NCBI GenBank assembly: GCA_026936335.1 | Contig: JAPMXV010000062.1 | Span: 124,001 to 188,000 of the forward strand | Source: Mantamonas sphyraenae STR306 | Lineage: Eukaryota; Protista; CRuMs | Reading direction: 5' to 3' | Length of the DNA: 64,000 bases | In this document: piece after piece, positions 22,683-33,124 of the stretch | How positions within the stretch are numbered: the first letter of the stretch is position 1 | Layout: each line of letters begins with the position of its first letter | The notes under the pieces: model-generated | What the model was told of the DNA's origin: nothing | Databases searched by the model: none | Seen by the model: only the letters and a program-made list of their open reading frames with translations | Made by a program: the position numbers and the translations under genes

Positions 22683-22808
22683 GTTGAATCAAAATCCGCT
22701 GTTTTAAGGTCGTGCCCGCTGAATTTCGTGGTTGACACCGCGCAATCGGCACCCTCACCCAGTTCAAGTTGGTCCACACCCGGGGGTGGCATGATTGCAC
22801 CCTCCCTC

Positions 22809-24410
22809 TCACCTCCCGCTCATCTCCCTCCCTTCACACTCCTGCACCTCTCGCTCCCAATCCACCCACGCAACACGTGCCAGCCGATGGATCGGTTCCC
22901 GTGCCACCACATGCACATTCTGCGGCGCCAGCTTGCTCTTGTCCACTCTCAACAGCTTCTTCTCGCCCACCCCGTGTCCCCGTTCATCCTTCTCCTGCAC
23001 CACCATCCGTGCCACCCGTGCCTCCTTTCCGTGCGACACACACACAAACGCCTTGTACGACAACCGCTCCACCTCACTCTCCGTCACACACGGAGGCGAG
23101 TGGAACGTCGCCTGGCACCGGATGCATCGGATGCAGTGTCGCGAGTGTCCCGTCTCTCCACATTGGTGGCAAAAGTGCCGTCCGCAATAGAACGGTCGTT
23201 TCCCTCCCTTCTTGCCCTTCCTCCCATCCCCTCCTGCCTCCCCTCTTCCATCCCCTCCTCCCGTCCCATGCTCCCCGCCCTTGTCCATCGTGTCCAGCCA
23301 TCGCATGTGCAGATCCTCACGCACACACTCCCGGTGGAAGAACTGTCCACACACTCCCACCCGACACTTGAACACATCCACCTTCAGCTTGCCCTCCAGC
23401 CCACACGTCGTACACAACGCCACCCCTGCCACACAGTCTCCACACTTGAACACCCCCGTCCCACCCTCTCCCAACACACTGCTCATCGTCTCTCCCACAC
23501 ACTCGGCGTGGAACGTCCGCTTGCATGGTCCTCCACACTTGATCACCATGTTCCCACCCATCTCACACACAAAGCACATCTGCGTCCCAAACACTCGCTT
23601 CTTCTTCGGCTTCCCGTCTCCTCCTCCCTTGCTCTTTGTCGTCTTCTTCTTCTTTCCTCCTCTCTGTCCTCCCTTTGCCCCTCCACTGTACCCTTCCTCC
23701 TCCTCCCCATCCTCCTCATCCCCATATCCATCTCCTCCACTGCTGCCCCCTCCATTCCCACCCTGTCCCCGTCCCTGCTTCTTCCTCCTCTTCCCCCTCC
23801 CTCCTCCCTTGCGTCGTCGCACCCCATACTCTTCATCATCCTCATCCTCCATGGCCCCTGCATCCAACACCTCATCCTCATCCTCATCATCTTCCTTCAC
23901 ACCATACCCACCACCGCCCCCACCACCACCTCTCCCCATCCTCTCCGATGGTGCTTCCATGCCCACCACCCTCCCCATCCCTTCCCCATCCGTCTCTTCC
24001 ATTCCCAATCGACTCCTCTTTCGCCCTCCTCCTCCCTCCTCCCCTCCCCTTGCCCGTGCCCTTGCCCCATCCCCGTCCTCACTCCTCCCGCTTGCTGCTT
24101 CTGCTTCCAACGCACGCACCTCCTTCTCCATCTCCTCCACCAGCTGTTCATGCGATCGTCCACGCATTGCATCCGTCAGCACAAAGTCTGCCAATGCACT
24201 CAATGCATCTGTGGCTCGGTGTGCCTCATCCTCCACCACCGCCCGTCTCCCTTCTGCCTCCACCACCCTTCGCCGATGCTGCATGATCCCCTGTTCCTGT
24301 GCATACTCCTCACCCAGGATGTTGAATGTCTTTGCTCCTGCCTGCAACACAAACATCAGATTCTGAGTGTTGATCACACTCGTTGGTGCCACCGATTCCC
24401 AAAACGACAT
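22809..24410 (-). CDS. NSD/EDM2-type triple PHD-finger protein, copy 2 (probable ancestral copy)
   Basis: Same 1602-nt length as copy 1; three amino-acid differences seen (V/M, E/D, E/K). Confidence 0.8.
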   Translation of the reverse strand: MSFWESVAPTSVINTQNLMFVLQAGAKTFNILGEEYAQEQGIMQHRRRVVEAEGRRAVVEDEAHRATDALSALADFVLTDAMRGRSHEQLVEEMEKEVRALEAEAASGRSEDGDGARARARGGEEGGGGRKRSRLGMEETDGEGMGRVVGMEAPSERMGRGGGGGGGGYGVKEDDEDEDEVLDAGAMEDEDDEEYGVRRRKGGGRGKRRKKQGRGQGGNGGGSSGGDGYGDEEDGEEEEGYSGGAKGGQRGGKKKKTTKSKGGGDGKPKKKRVFGTQMCFVCEMGGNMVIKCGGPCKRTFHAECVGETMSSVLGEGGTGVFKCGDCVAGVALCTTCGLEGKLKVDVFKCRVGVCGQFFHRECVREDLHMRWLDTMDKGGEHGTGGGDGRGEAGGDGRKGKKGGKRPFYCGRHFCHQCGETGHSRHCIRCIRCQATFHSPPCVTESEVERLSYKAFVCVSHGKEARVARMVVQEKDERGHGVGEKKLLRVDKSKLAPQNVHVVAREPIHRLARVAWVDWEREVQECEGREMSGR

Positions 24411-24540
24411 TCTTCCATTGCCTGGCCCCGCGCACTTCAATCCTCTCTCTCTCACTATCCTTTCCCCTACCCCTCCTCCTCCAATCGCTTCTGTACCATC
24501 TGTCTGAACCCTGCCACAATCTCGTTGTCCCGCTTGGCCC
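22809..24540 (-). repeat. Right arm of the inverted duplication (partner 16802-18536)
   Basis: Includes the last ~24 codons of NKAP, the 56-nt spacer and the whole PHD CDS. Confidence 0.97.
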
Positions 24541-25936
24541 TCTCCTCCATCTTCATCTGCGTCATCTGCTTTTTCTCCTCCAGCGTGATCACCTGGTTTT
24601 CCTTTCGCAGTCGGATCGCATTCATGCGTGCGTGACGACTGCCACTCATCACATACCCGGCATCCTCATACTTGCTGATCTCCCCACTCGTCAAACCAAT
24701 CTCACCACGCCTCGGAATGCGCTTCCCGTCCTGCACATAGCTTGCCATCGCCGCTCCTTCACCCGGAAGCAGATGCCCACCAAAGTTGTCTACCTTTTTC
24801 GGCGCCTCCACCACCTTGGGCAGTGGCATCGGGCCCACCATTGGACGAGCCTCCTGCACCAATGGTTGCAGTGACACCCCCGCCCCAGCATCGTCGTCCA
24901 CAGGGCGTGGAGCTGGTCCTTTCACCACCTTTTTCGCTTTCTCCTTCTCCTCTCCCTCTCCCTTTGCTTCCTCCTTGTCCCTCTTTCGGCTCTTCGTATC
25001 CTCCTTCCCCTTCCTTGCATCTTCCTCCTTGTGCTTGTGTCGATGGCGTCGTCGGTGGCTGCGGTGGTGGCTGCGTCGTCCTCCTCCATGCGACTCCTCG
25101 TCCTCCCCTGACGATCCTTCCTCTTCGCTCCTACTCCTGTGCCTGTGTCTCCGCCTGCTGCTGCTGCTGTGCCTGTGTCTCTTGTCACGTCTGCTGCTGC
25201 TCCTTCGTCTGTGTCTCCTGCTGCTGTGCTTCTTGTGCCGCCCGTGGCGTCGTCGACGTCGCCCCGACCCGTCGCTGTCCTCGCTCCCACTGCTCTCGTC
25301 CTCACTCTCGCTCCCTTCGCTGCTGCTGTACGCTTCAGAATCCGATCCGCTTGCCTCTGAATCCGATTGCGATGATTCAGCTTCGCTTTCACTGCCAATC
25401 TCCTCGTCTGTGTCCCAATCCAACCGCCCTCCAGTGCTGCGCGCCTTCCGCTTGCCCTTTGCCCCCGCCCCATCCTTCTTCCGCGGAGGTTCAGGCTCTG
25501 CACTCCATATGTTTGGCATCTCTCTCATCTTTCGCTCCTGCACACGTGCCAATGCTGCCTCTTCCATGCCTCCAAACCTTCCCCCACGTCCTCGCCCTCC
25601 TCCTCCTCCCCCTCCTTCCCATCCCCCACGCCCTCCACCTCCACCTCCACGCCCCCTTCCACCCCAATCTCCTCCGCCGCGCCCCCGTCCTTCGTTGTAA
25701 GGCCTTTCCATCTCTCGTCTACCGTCGTAAGGCGACCGAGAGCGCCGGTAACGATGTTCCTGATGACGACGACGATCCTCCTCATCGTCCCACCGCCTAC
25801 CCCGCCGTTCGGGACTACGTGACCGATGCCGATCCCTGTTGTAATACTCCTCCCTGTCCTGCCACCTTTGTTCACGCACGGGCATCCTCACCTCGCCCGG
25901 ACGCAATTGGCGGCCGAATTCGTCCCGATCGCCCAT
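24467..25936 (-). CDS. NKAP: NKAP family splicing/transcription factor
   Basis: RS/basic N-terminus; C-terminal FGGHLLPGEGAAMASYVQDGKRIPRRGEIGLTS.EI..YE..GYVMSGSRH.RMNAIRLRKENQV. Confidence 0.95.
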   Translation of the reverse strand: MGDRDEFGRQLRPGEVRMPVREQRWQDREEYYNRDRHRSRSPERRGRRWDDEEDRRRHQEHRYRRSRSPYDGRREMERPYNEGRGRGGGDWGGRGRGGGGGGRGGWEGGGGGGGRGRGGRFGGMEEAALARVQERKMREMPNIWSAEPEPPRKKDGAGAKGKRKARSTGGRLDWDTDEEIGSESEAESSQSDSEASGSDSEAYSSSEGSESEDESSGSEDSDGSGRRRRRHGRHKKHSSRRHRRRSSSRRDKRHRHSSSSRRRHRHRSRSEEEGSSGEDEESHGGGRRSHHRSHRRRHRHKHKEEDARKGKEDTKSRKRDKEEAKGEGEEKEKAKKVVKGPAPRPVDDDAGAGVSLQPLVQEARPMVGPMPLPKVVEAPKKVDNFGGHLLPGEGAAMASYVQDGKRIPRRGEIGLTSGEISKYEDAGYVMSGSRHARMNAIRLRKENQVITLEEKKQMTQMKMEERAKRDNEIVAGFRQMVQKRLEEEG

Positions 25937-25968
25937 GGATTCTGTTCTGTTGGCTGCATTGATGCCCT

Positions 25969-26000
<32 letters not shown>

Positions 26001-26010
26001 CACGCTGCCG

Positions 26011-28912
26011 TCAGTCATCCAATACCTCCTGTGGCTCTCCGTTGCACCACAACACGTGGAGGGTGGATGCAGAGCCGAGGAGGAGCAGATCGGCGTGCAG
26101 GGAAACGACGTTGGTGATGGGTTTGCCCAAACGATACTCAAACAACACATCCGCCTCACCCAACGAGCCACTCTGTGCAGGCAGAGGCCATGCACGCGCC
26201 ATGCCATCCCTGCCCACACTCCACACACGTTCGTGTGTTTCATCAAAGGCCAGGCCCGTAACAAAGCCCTCGTGGGTGCCCCCGGCATCTACCAAGTGAC
26301 CGTCATCCACGCCGTACAGCAGAAAGCCATCGTTCTCACCACCGGCAGCCACCCACTTCCCGTCACGCGACATGGCACAGCAGGTGACGGCACCATAGCC
26401 GCCATCCAAACGCACGGGTTTGCCTGCCACCTTCCATGTGGCTCTGCTCTTGACGTGCACCACGCGTACCACGTGCACCGAAGCGTTGTGTAGGGCACAC
26501 ACGAGGGTGTCTCCTGCGCCGCGTGCACACAGGCTCTCCACGCCTGCGTCAAAGTGTACCAGTTCACGCACCACACCTTTGTGTTTGCCAGAGGCATTGC
26601 CCACAGGGAGCATCAGCACACGGCCACAGTAGGTGCCCAGCACCACCAGCTCCATGGTGGCCATCCATGTGACACTCTGCACCTGCATGCCCTCTGGCAC
26701 CGTGTGTTTGCCACACACCTTCCACCCACCCGTGATGCGCTCCTGCTCCACCACACACACCAGTCCACCCGCAAGCACAAACACAAATCCAGCCTCGGTG
26801 GCACAGCCACACACAATGCGGTCACCCGGGGAGCTGAGTCGCAGGCGAATCGCAGTCATCGCCGTCGTCGTGCTGCCACTGGATGATCCCGACGATGACG
26901 ACGATAGGTTGGCCCACCACTGTGCGCCAGACGTGGCATCGTCCCGTTCCGACTCGTTTCGGTTCAGTCCCAACACCACCTGCATGCTGCTCGCACGTTC
27001 GCGGAGCATGTTTTGCAATCGACCCACCTCGACCGCCTCGGCGGCATCCTGGCTGCGCACACCCAGCACACCCGTGGTCCATACCACTGCCGCTGCCTCA
27101 CAGTACATGGCAGCCATGCCAAAGCCCCCGCTGGCATGCACACCTGCACACATCTGCCAGCTGCGTGTCTCGCCTGTGTTGGCAGCAATCCCGGACACAA
27201 TGCGCATCCCTGTGGCTGTCTGGCAGCCCGTCAGATGCTTGCCCGGATGGTCGCCATGGCATGAGCGGCCCGGTTGCAACGCATGTCCAATCAGTGTGCG
27301 ACGTGCCATGCTTGCCAAGGCATACTCTGCCAACATGCCCACGCCCATGGCACACATTCCCTGCCGCTGTTCCAACGCCTCCAACTCCATCCCCTGTGCC
27401 CCGTGTGCAGATCGTGTCTCGCCACAGTGTGCACACACCAAACTGTCCAGTAGCTGCCCAGCTGCCTGCACATCGCCTCCCATCGCCTGCAAGCCTTCCC
27501 ACCACCCGTTGTGCTCCTGCAACACAAAGCCCGAACAGTGTGCACCGCATGCCATCGTTTCGCTGGCACGCACCTCGTTCAACACAGCCAACTCCAGCTC
27601 CGAGGGCGGACGATGCCGTTGCAGTGCATGGTGACACCCTGCACACTCACGCTGTCGGCGACTGTTTGCATCTGGTCGTTCAAACGACCCACACACACAC
27701 CCCAGCATGGAGCACCCGTGGCTCTCGCCCACACGCAGCTCCTCGGCAAGCGCAAGGTCTGCCTGTGTCGCCTTGCGATGCTCCATTGCCACGTGACCGC
27801 ATTCGTCGCACGTCGCATCGTCGTGCACCCATTCCCCCGTCTCCTTGTTGTCACCTGCCCCAGCACCTCCTCCTCCGCCTTCCACACGTGTGTTCAGCCC
27901 TGTACATACACACCCAAACACCCTGCATTGTGGTGCCGCGGCTCGCTGTTCCTCCTTCCACGCTGCACACTCTTCCGCAGACAGATACTCGTGTCCAGCC
28001 TCTGGGTGGTTACAGTGCACACACACCTGCTTGCCACGCCGCGTGCTCGCATACCCGTCGCACGTGCACCACCACAGCACACACCGACGCGCCTGCCGAC
28101 CTTGGGTGCGCTGCTTGCGCGGTGAGCTCGCCGACTTGAGTGGCGAAGCAAGGGCATGTCGCTCCACACCCTGTGTCCTATACACCCCGTTCGTGCGCAC
28201 ACCCACCACAGTCAACACTCTGTGCATCATTCCTGTCCCTTGCAACTCTTTCTTCTCCTCTCCCCCCTCTGTTTCCTCCTCCCCCGTCTCTTTGATCACC
28301 ACCCTCCGTTTTGCCTTTGCACTGCGCTTTGCTCGCTTCAGCTCCAGTGTTTCCGTCTTGATCGTGGGCGACGCCTCCTGTTCGCTTGTATCCACCATGT
28401 CCGCACCCGCTCCACGCTTCCCACGCCCTGCTGCTGCACTGGGAGGCGTCTGTGCAGGCGAGACCTTGGATTCTCGGGAACCGTTCTCCGTTGTCCCCTG
28501 CCTCTCCACGCCTGCCCGCTTGCTCGGCGTGCCATCCAGTGTGCTCTGTGTCTTATTCCCTGCTCCCTTGGTCCCTTTCTTGCTGCGGCTCGGTGGCGTC
28601 TTGCTCAACCCCAGCCGCTTCTTCGGCGTCAACAGCGTCGTTTGCTTGCCCTTTCCCGCCTTGCGCAACCCAGAAACTCGCTGACGCGCCGTCTTTCCTG
28701 TGCCCGGGGTCCCCTGTTCATTTGATGTCCATTCCCCCACAGTGTCTGTGTCAGTGTGTGCGAGTGCGTGCGTGTTGTGTGCGTGTGTGTGTGTGTGTGT
28801 GTCCGTCTTTACTTTGATCGTTCACACTCACCCCCCTTCCCCCCACCTTGCAGCTCACCTGTTCATCCTCCCGTGGTCGCTTGCCCAGCATCTGTACAAG
28901 TGTGTTGCTCAT
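26011..28912 (-). CDS. Protein with basic disordered N-terminus, four Cys/His repeats and C-terminal WD40 repeats; probable short first exon 28912-28859, acceptor uncertain
   Basis: Long ORF 26011-28740 starting at GTG; upstream MSNTLVQMLGKRPREDEQ followed by GTGAGC; WD40-like AVTCCAMSRDGKWVAAGGEND and HEGFVTGLAFD...VWSVGRDGMARAW. Confidence 0.7.
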
Positions 28913-29016
28913 GTGTGCCTCCCGCCGTGGTTCCAACTCTCTGACACAACCGCGCAATGTTGGCGCCTGCGGAGCCACCCCAACACACACACACAACACA
29001 CACTCACTTACACGCC

Positions 29017-30322
29017 ATGAGCACCGAGGCAGAAGAGTTTAAGCTTGCTGGCAACGACCTCTTCCGCGAGGGAAAGTGGGCCAAGGCTGCCGTGCAGTAC
29101 ACAAAGGCCATCAAGAAGGGTAAGGAGGAAAGGGGCCAACATCATCGTTGCAAGCGTTTTTCAGGCACCTCGCTCACCCTCGCACAACGCGCCCGCACAG
29201 ACCCGGAGAACGCCGTCTACTACAGCAACCGCTGCGCAGCGTATCTCAAGACCGGACGTCACGACGTCAAGGCGCTTGCTGACGCCACCAAGTGTGTGGA
29301 ACTGAACCCGGAGTGGGCCAAGGTGAGTGTGGCGCCAAAATGTGCACCCGGCGTCTCGCGCCGCTGCCTTGCACACAGCAACGACAAAGGACACTGACAG
29401 GGAAGGGACGTGTGTGTGTGTGTGCGTGTGTGTGCTTGCGCGTCGACGTGTGCCTTGTTCATCTCCACAGGGCTACTACCGTCTGGCAAGTGTACATGAG
29501 CAGATGATGCAGTACGAAGAAGGGATCACCGCGTGCCGCAAGGCACTGGAGCTGGAAGGGAGCAAGCAGACGCGGGATCTGCTGCGTACGCTGATGGGCA
29601 AGAACGAGCTGAACAAGATCAAGGACAAGAAGGAGGCATTGAAGGACAAGAGCGGCAACAGCAGTGCGAGCGCGCGCTTCAGCAGCAGCAGCAACAGCAA
29701 CAGCAGCAGCAACAGCAGCAGCAGTAGCAGCAGCGACAGTGGAGGTCTCACGTCATCCAACGTGATCAAAACGGAAGAGGAGTACGAGGAGGCGAGGAAG
29801 AAGACGCTGGAGAACCGTGGGGAGAAGATCCCCTTTGACGAGAACGAAGTGTTCCAGGCGGCCAAGCTGGTGATTGAGAACGCGGTGCAAGAGTACCAAC
29901 GGGCAGGCAGCATCCGTGGCGTGGTCACCTTCCTGCCAGGCTACCTGGAGAAGAATGGGAACATGCCCGAGGCTCGTGTGGGTCTGGACAACGCCTTTCT
30001 CGACCTCGACCAGTGGCGCAACTGTATCATGTTCCTGCGTGCATACGGCAAGGACATTGGAGCCAACGGCTGTGTGCTCGTGGCTCTCAAGTCGCAGATG
30101 GCCTACCCGCAGATCTGGAAGCACACAAAGTGGCCCTATGGCAACGCCGAAGGCTTGTTTGTGCAGCTGTGCAGCCGTGCGGCAAACTATGTTTGGTTTG
30201 TGCCCCTCACAAAGAAGGATGGCAAAACCCCTCTCGTCGACCCTCAGGAGAAGATGCTGGACTACGACAACTACCAGATCACCCCGCCGCTCATCCTGGA
30301 TTGGGACAAGCAGACAAACTGA
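29017..30322 (+). CDS. Three-TPR (Sti1/Hop-like clamp) co-chaperone with a distinct C-terminal domain; exons 29017-29119, 29201-29322, 29471-30322
   Basis: AEEFKLAGNDLF...YTKAI, DPENAVYYSNRCAAY, ALADA..C.EL.P.W.KGYYR; GT-AG phases consistent. Confidence 0.88.
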
Positions 30323-30508
30323 TGGATTCCTCTGGTCGACACGCACACACATACACACACACACATACAGACACACACGCACACACACACACACACACAC
30401 ACACCAGTCACTTGCTTGGTGCTCATGTCTTGTCTGCGTTTTCTGCTCGCTGCGCCAGCGGGCACACTTGGAAACCCACCCAATTCCCACCAAACCCCAC
30501 CCGCAATC

Positions 30509-32904
30509 ATGTCGACTATGCAAAAAGATTGGGAACGCGTGCAAAAGAAGACCTTCACAGGTTGGTGCAACTCGTACCTCCGCAAGGCCGAGCCGGCCAC
30601 AAAGATTGAGGAGGAGCTCGAGGACGCCTTCTTTGACGGTATCAAGCTCTGGTACGTGTCCACAAACCTCCCCAGTGGCCAGCCCCGCTATGTGTTGGGC
30701 CCGTTAACCCCCTTCGATTGCCTCTCCTCTCCCGCCTGAGGGTGCCTGCCTGCCGAGAAAGAAAACCCCCACGCATCCGGGTTTTTGAAATGAAGAAAGG
30801 GGCCAAAGTGCTGACACGCCTGCTCCCTCTCCCACAGCCAGCTGCTGTCCATCATCAGCGGCGACGAGCTCACCTGCAACATGAAGCCCAAGTTCCGCAT
30901 CCAGTACGTTGACCATGGGACCCCACACGCGCAGGCCTTGGCCTCCAGAGAGCCCAGGCCCCGGTTGCGCAAAATGGCCGTTGCGAAAAGAGGCGCACAG
31001 AAATCCTCTCTGTGGAAAAGCACCCCTTTACTGCGTGCTCACACACCAACACCACACTCACACACACACACACAGCTATGTGGAGAACGTCCAGAAGGCA
31101 CTCACGTTCATTGCCGATCACGACGTCAAGCTGGCTGGCATCGGCGCAGAAGGTAGCGTTTGAGAGAGAGAGAGCAGGAAATCTTCATCTTCATCGGTCC
31201 GACCTTCCTCGCCGTGTCCCGGATCTGCGCACAACATACACACACGCATACACACACGCACACACACACCACACCACCACACACCACACACCACACACCA
31301 CCACACACCCACCCACAGAGATTGTGGACAAGAACCCCAAGATGGTGCTGGGACTGATCTGGACGCTGATTCTTCGCTTTGCGATTGCAGACATCAGCGA
31401 AGGCGAGAAGAGTGCCAAGGAGGGACTTTTGCTGTGGTGCCAGCGTAAGACGGAGAAGTACGACGAGTGCAACATCCAGGATTTCACGATGAGCTGGCGT
31501 GACGGCTACGGGTTCTGTGCGCTGATCCACCGTCACCGTCCGGACCTGATCGATTGGGACTCGCTGGCGGAGATGGATCCCAAGACTCGTCTTGCGACTG
31601 CGTTTGACGTGGCCGAACGGGAGATTGACATTGCGCCCCTGTTGGATCCGGAGGACATTGTGGATCTGCCGCGTCCGGACGAACGTTCCATCATCACGTA
31701 TGTGTCGCAGTACTTCTACGCCTTTGCGTCGATGGACAAGGTGGAAACGGCCGGGCGACGTGTGAACAACGCGCTGCAGTTCTCCATCGACCGCGAGGCG
31801 ATGATCGAGTCGTACAGCGACACGGCGGCGCAGCTGCTGGCGGCGCTGGAGGGCAAGATCAACGAGTTGGGCAACCGGGAGTTTGGCAGCACGTACAGCG
31901 AGGGCAAGGGCTTTGTGATGGAGTTCAACGGGTACAAGAGTGGCCAGAAGCGCGAGTTTATCACCACCAAGGCTGCGCTGAACGGCCTGCTGGCCCAGAT
32001 CCAGGTCAAGAGTGCGGCCAACAACCGACCCAAGTTTGAGCCCGCCGCAGGTCTGACTGCCGACGACGTGGATGCCATGTGGGGTCAACTGCAGCAGGCG
32101 GAGCGGGAGTACTCGGCGGCCATCAACAACAACCTGAAGAGCATCAAGGAGAACCTGCGTCTGGAGTTTGCCCAGCACGCCAATGCGTTCTACGACAACT
32201 GCGAGGCCTGGCGTCATGCGCTGCTGGCCAACAACGACGGTTCGTCGCTGGAGGACCAGTTTGCGGCGATCCAGCAAAAGGTGGCGGAGATTGACGGTGC
32301 GTCGCAGGAGGCACTTGCCACGCTGTCGGAGTTGGAGAACAAGCTGCTGGCGGCGAGTGTGGACGACAACGAGCACACGATCTACACCGTGGACGACCTG
32401 CAGTTTGAGTCGTCGCAGGTGATGGCCGCGTACAAGGAGCAGATGGCCACGCTGGAGAACCAGATTGCCACCAAGGAGATGGGTGCGGTGACTCCCGAAC
32501 AGATCCAACAGTTCACAGAGACGTTCCAGCACTTTGACAGCGACGGCAGCAACACGCTGGACACGAACGAGTTCCGCGCAGGATTGGCCGGGTTGGGACA
32601 GGCCTTCAACGACGACGAGTACGCCGCCCTGTTTGCCTCCCTCAGCAAGGATGGCGAGGTCATTCAGTTTGAGCAGTTTGTGGAGTACATGGTGTCCATC
32701 ACCGAGGACAGCACCACCCCGGAGCAGCTGTACGACTCCTTCCAGGTGGTGGCCAACGGCAAGGACTATGTCACCGTCGAGGAGCTGCAGATGGGCCAGG
32801 TCGAGCCGGCCACCATCGAGTGGGCTGTTGCCAACATGCCCCCCTACGAGGGACAGGACGGCACCCTTGACTACAAGGCCTGGATGACCAACACCTTTGA
32901 GTAA
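30509..32904 (+). CDS. ACTN: Alpha-actinin (2 CH domains, about 2 spectrin repeats, EF hands); exons 30509-30651, 30838-30903, 31076-31152, 31319-32904
   Basis: [73 protein letters not shown] hand [16 protein letters not shown]. Confidence 0.95.
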
Positions 32905-33124
32905 GAGGGGTCGTCCGTCACGCCTGTGTGCATCTGTGCATCTGCATGGCGCATGAGCATCATTTCATCATGAACAGGACATTGCATTGCATTGCGTTTG
33001 CACATTCATCCCCCCCCCCGTCGCTTCCTTTCGTCGCTTCCTAGGACATTGTCATGCATTTCTTGCTTCTTGGCTCCGTGCCATCCAACTCCTGCACACA
33101 CACACACACACACATGCGGCGTCG

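Noticed and set aside
16802-24540. Composite transposon interpretation of the inverted repeat
   Set aside because: The arms encode a host PHD protein and an NKAP fragment; no transposase, terminal repeats or target-site duplication seen.
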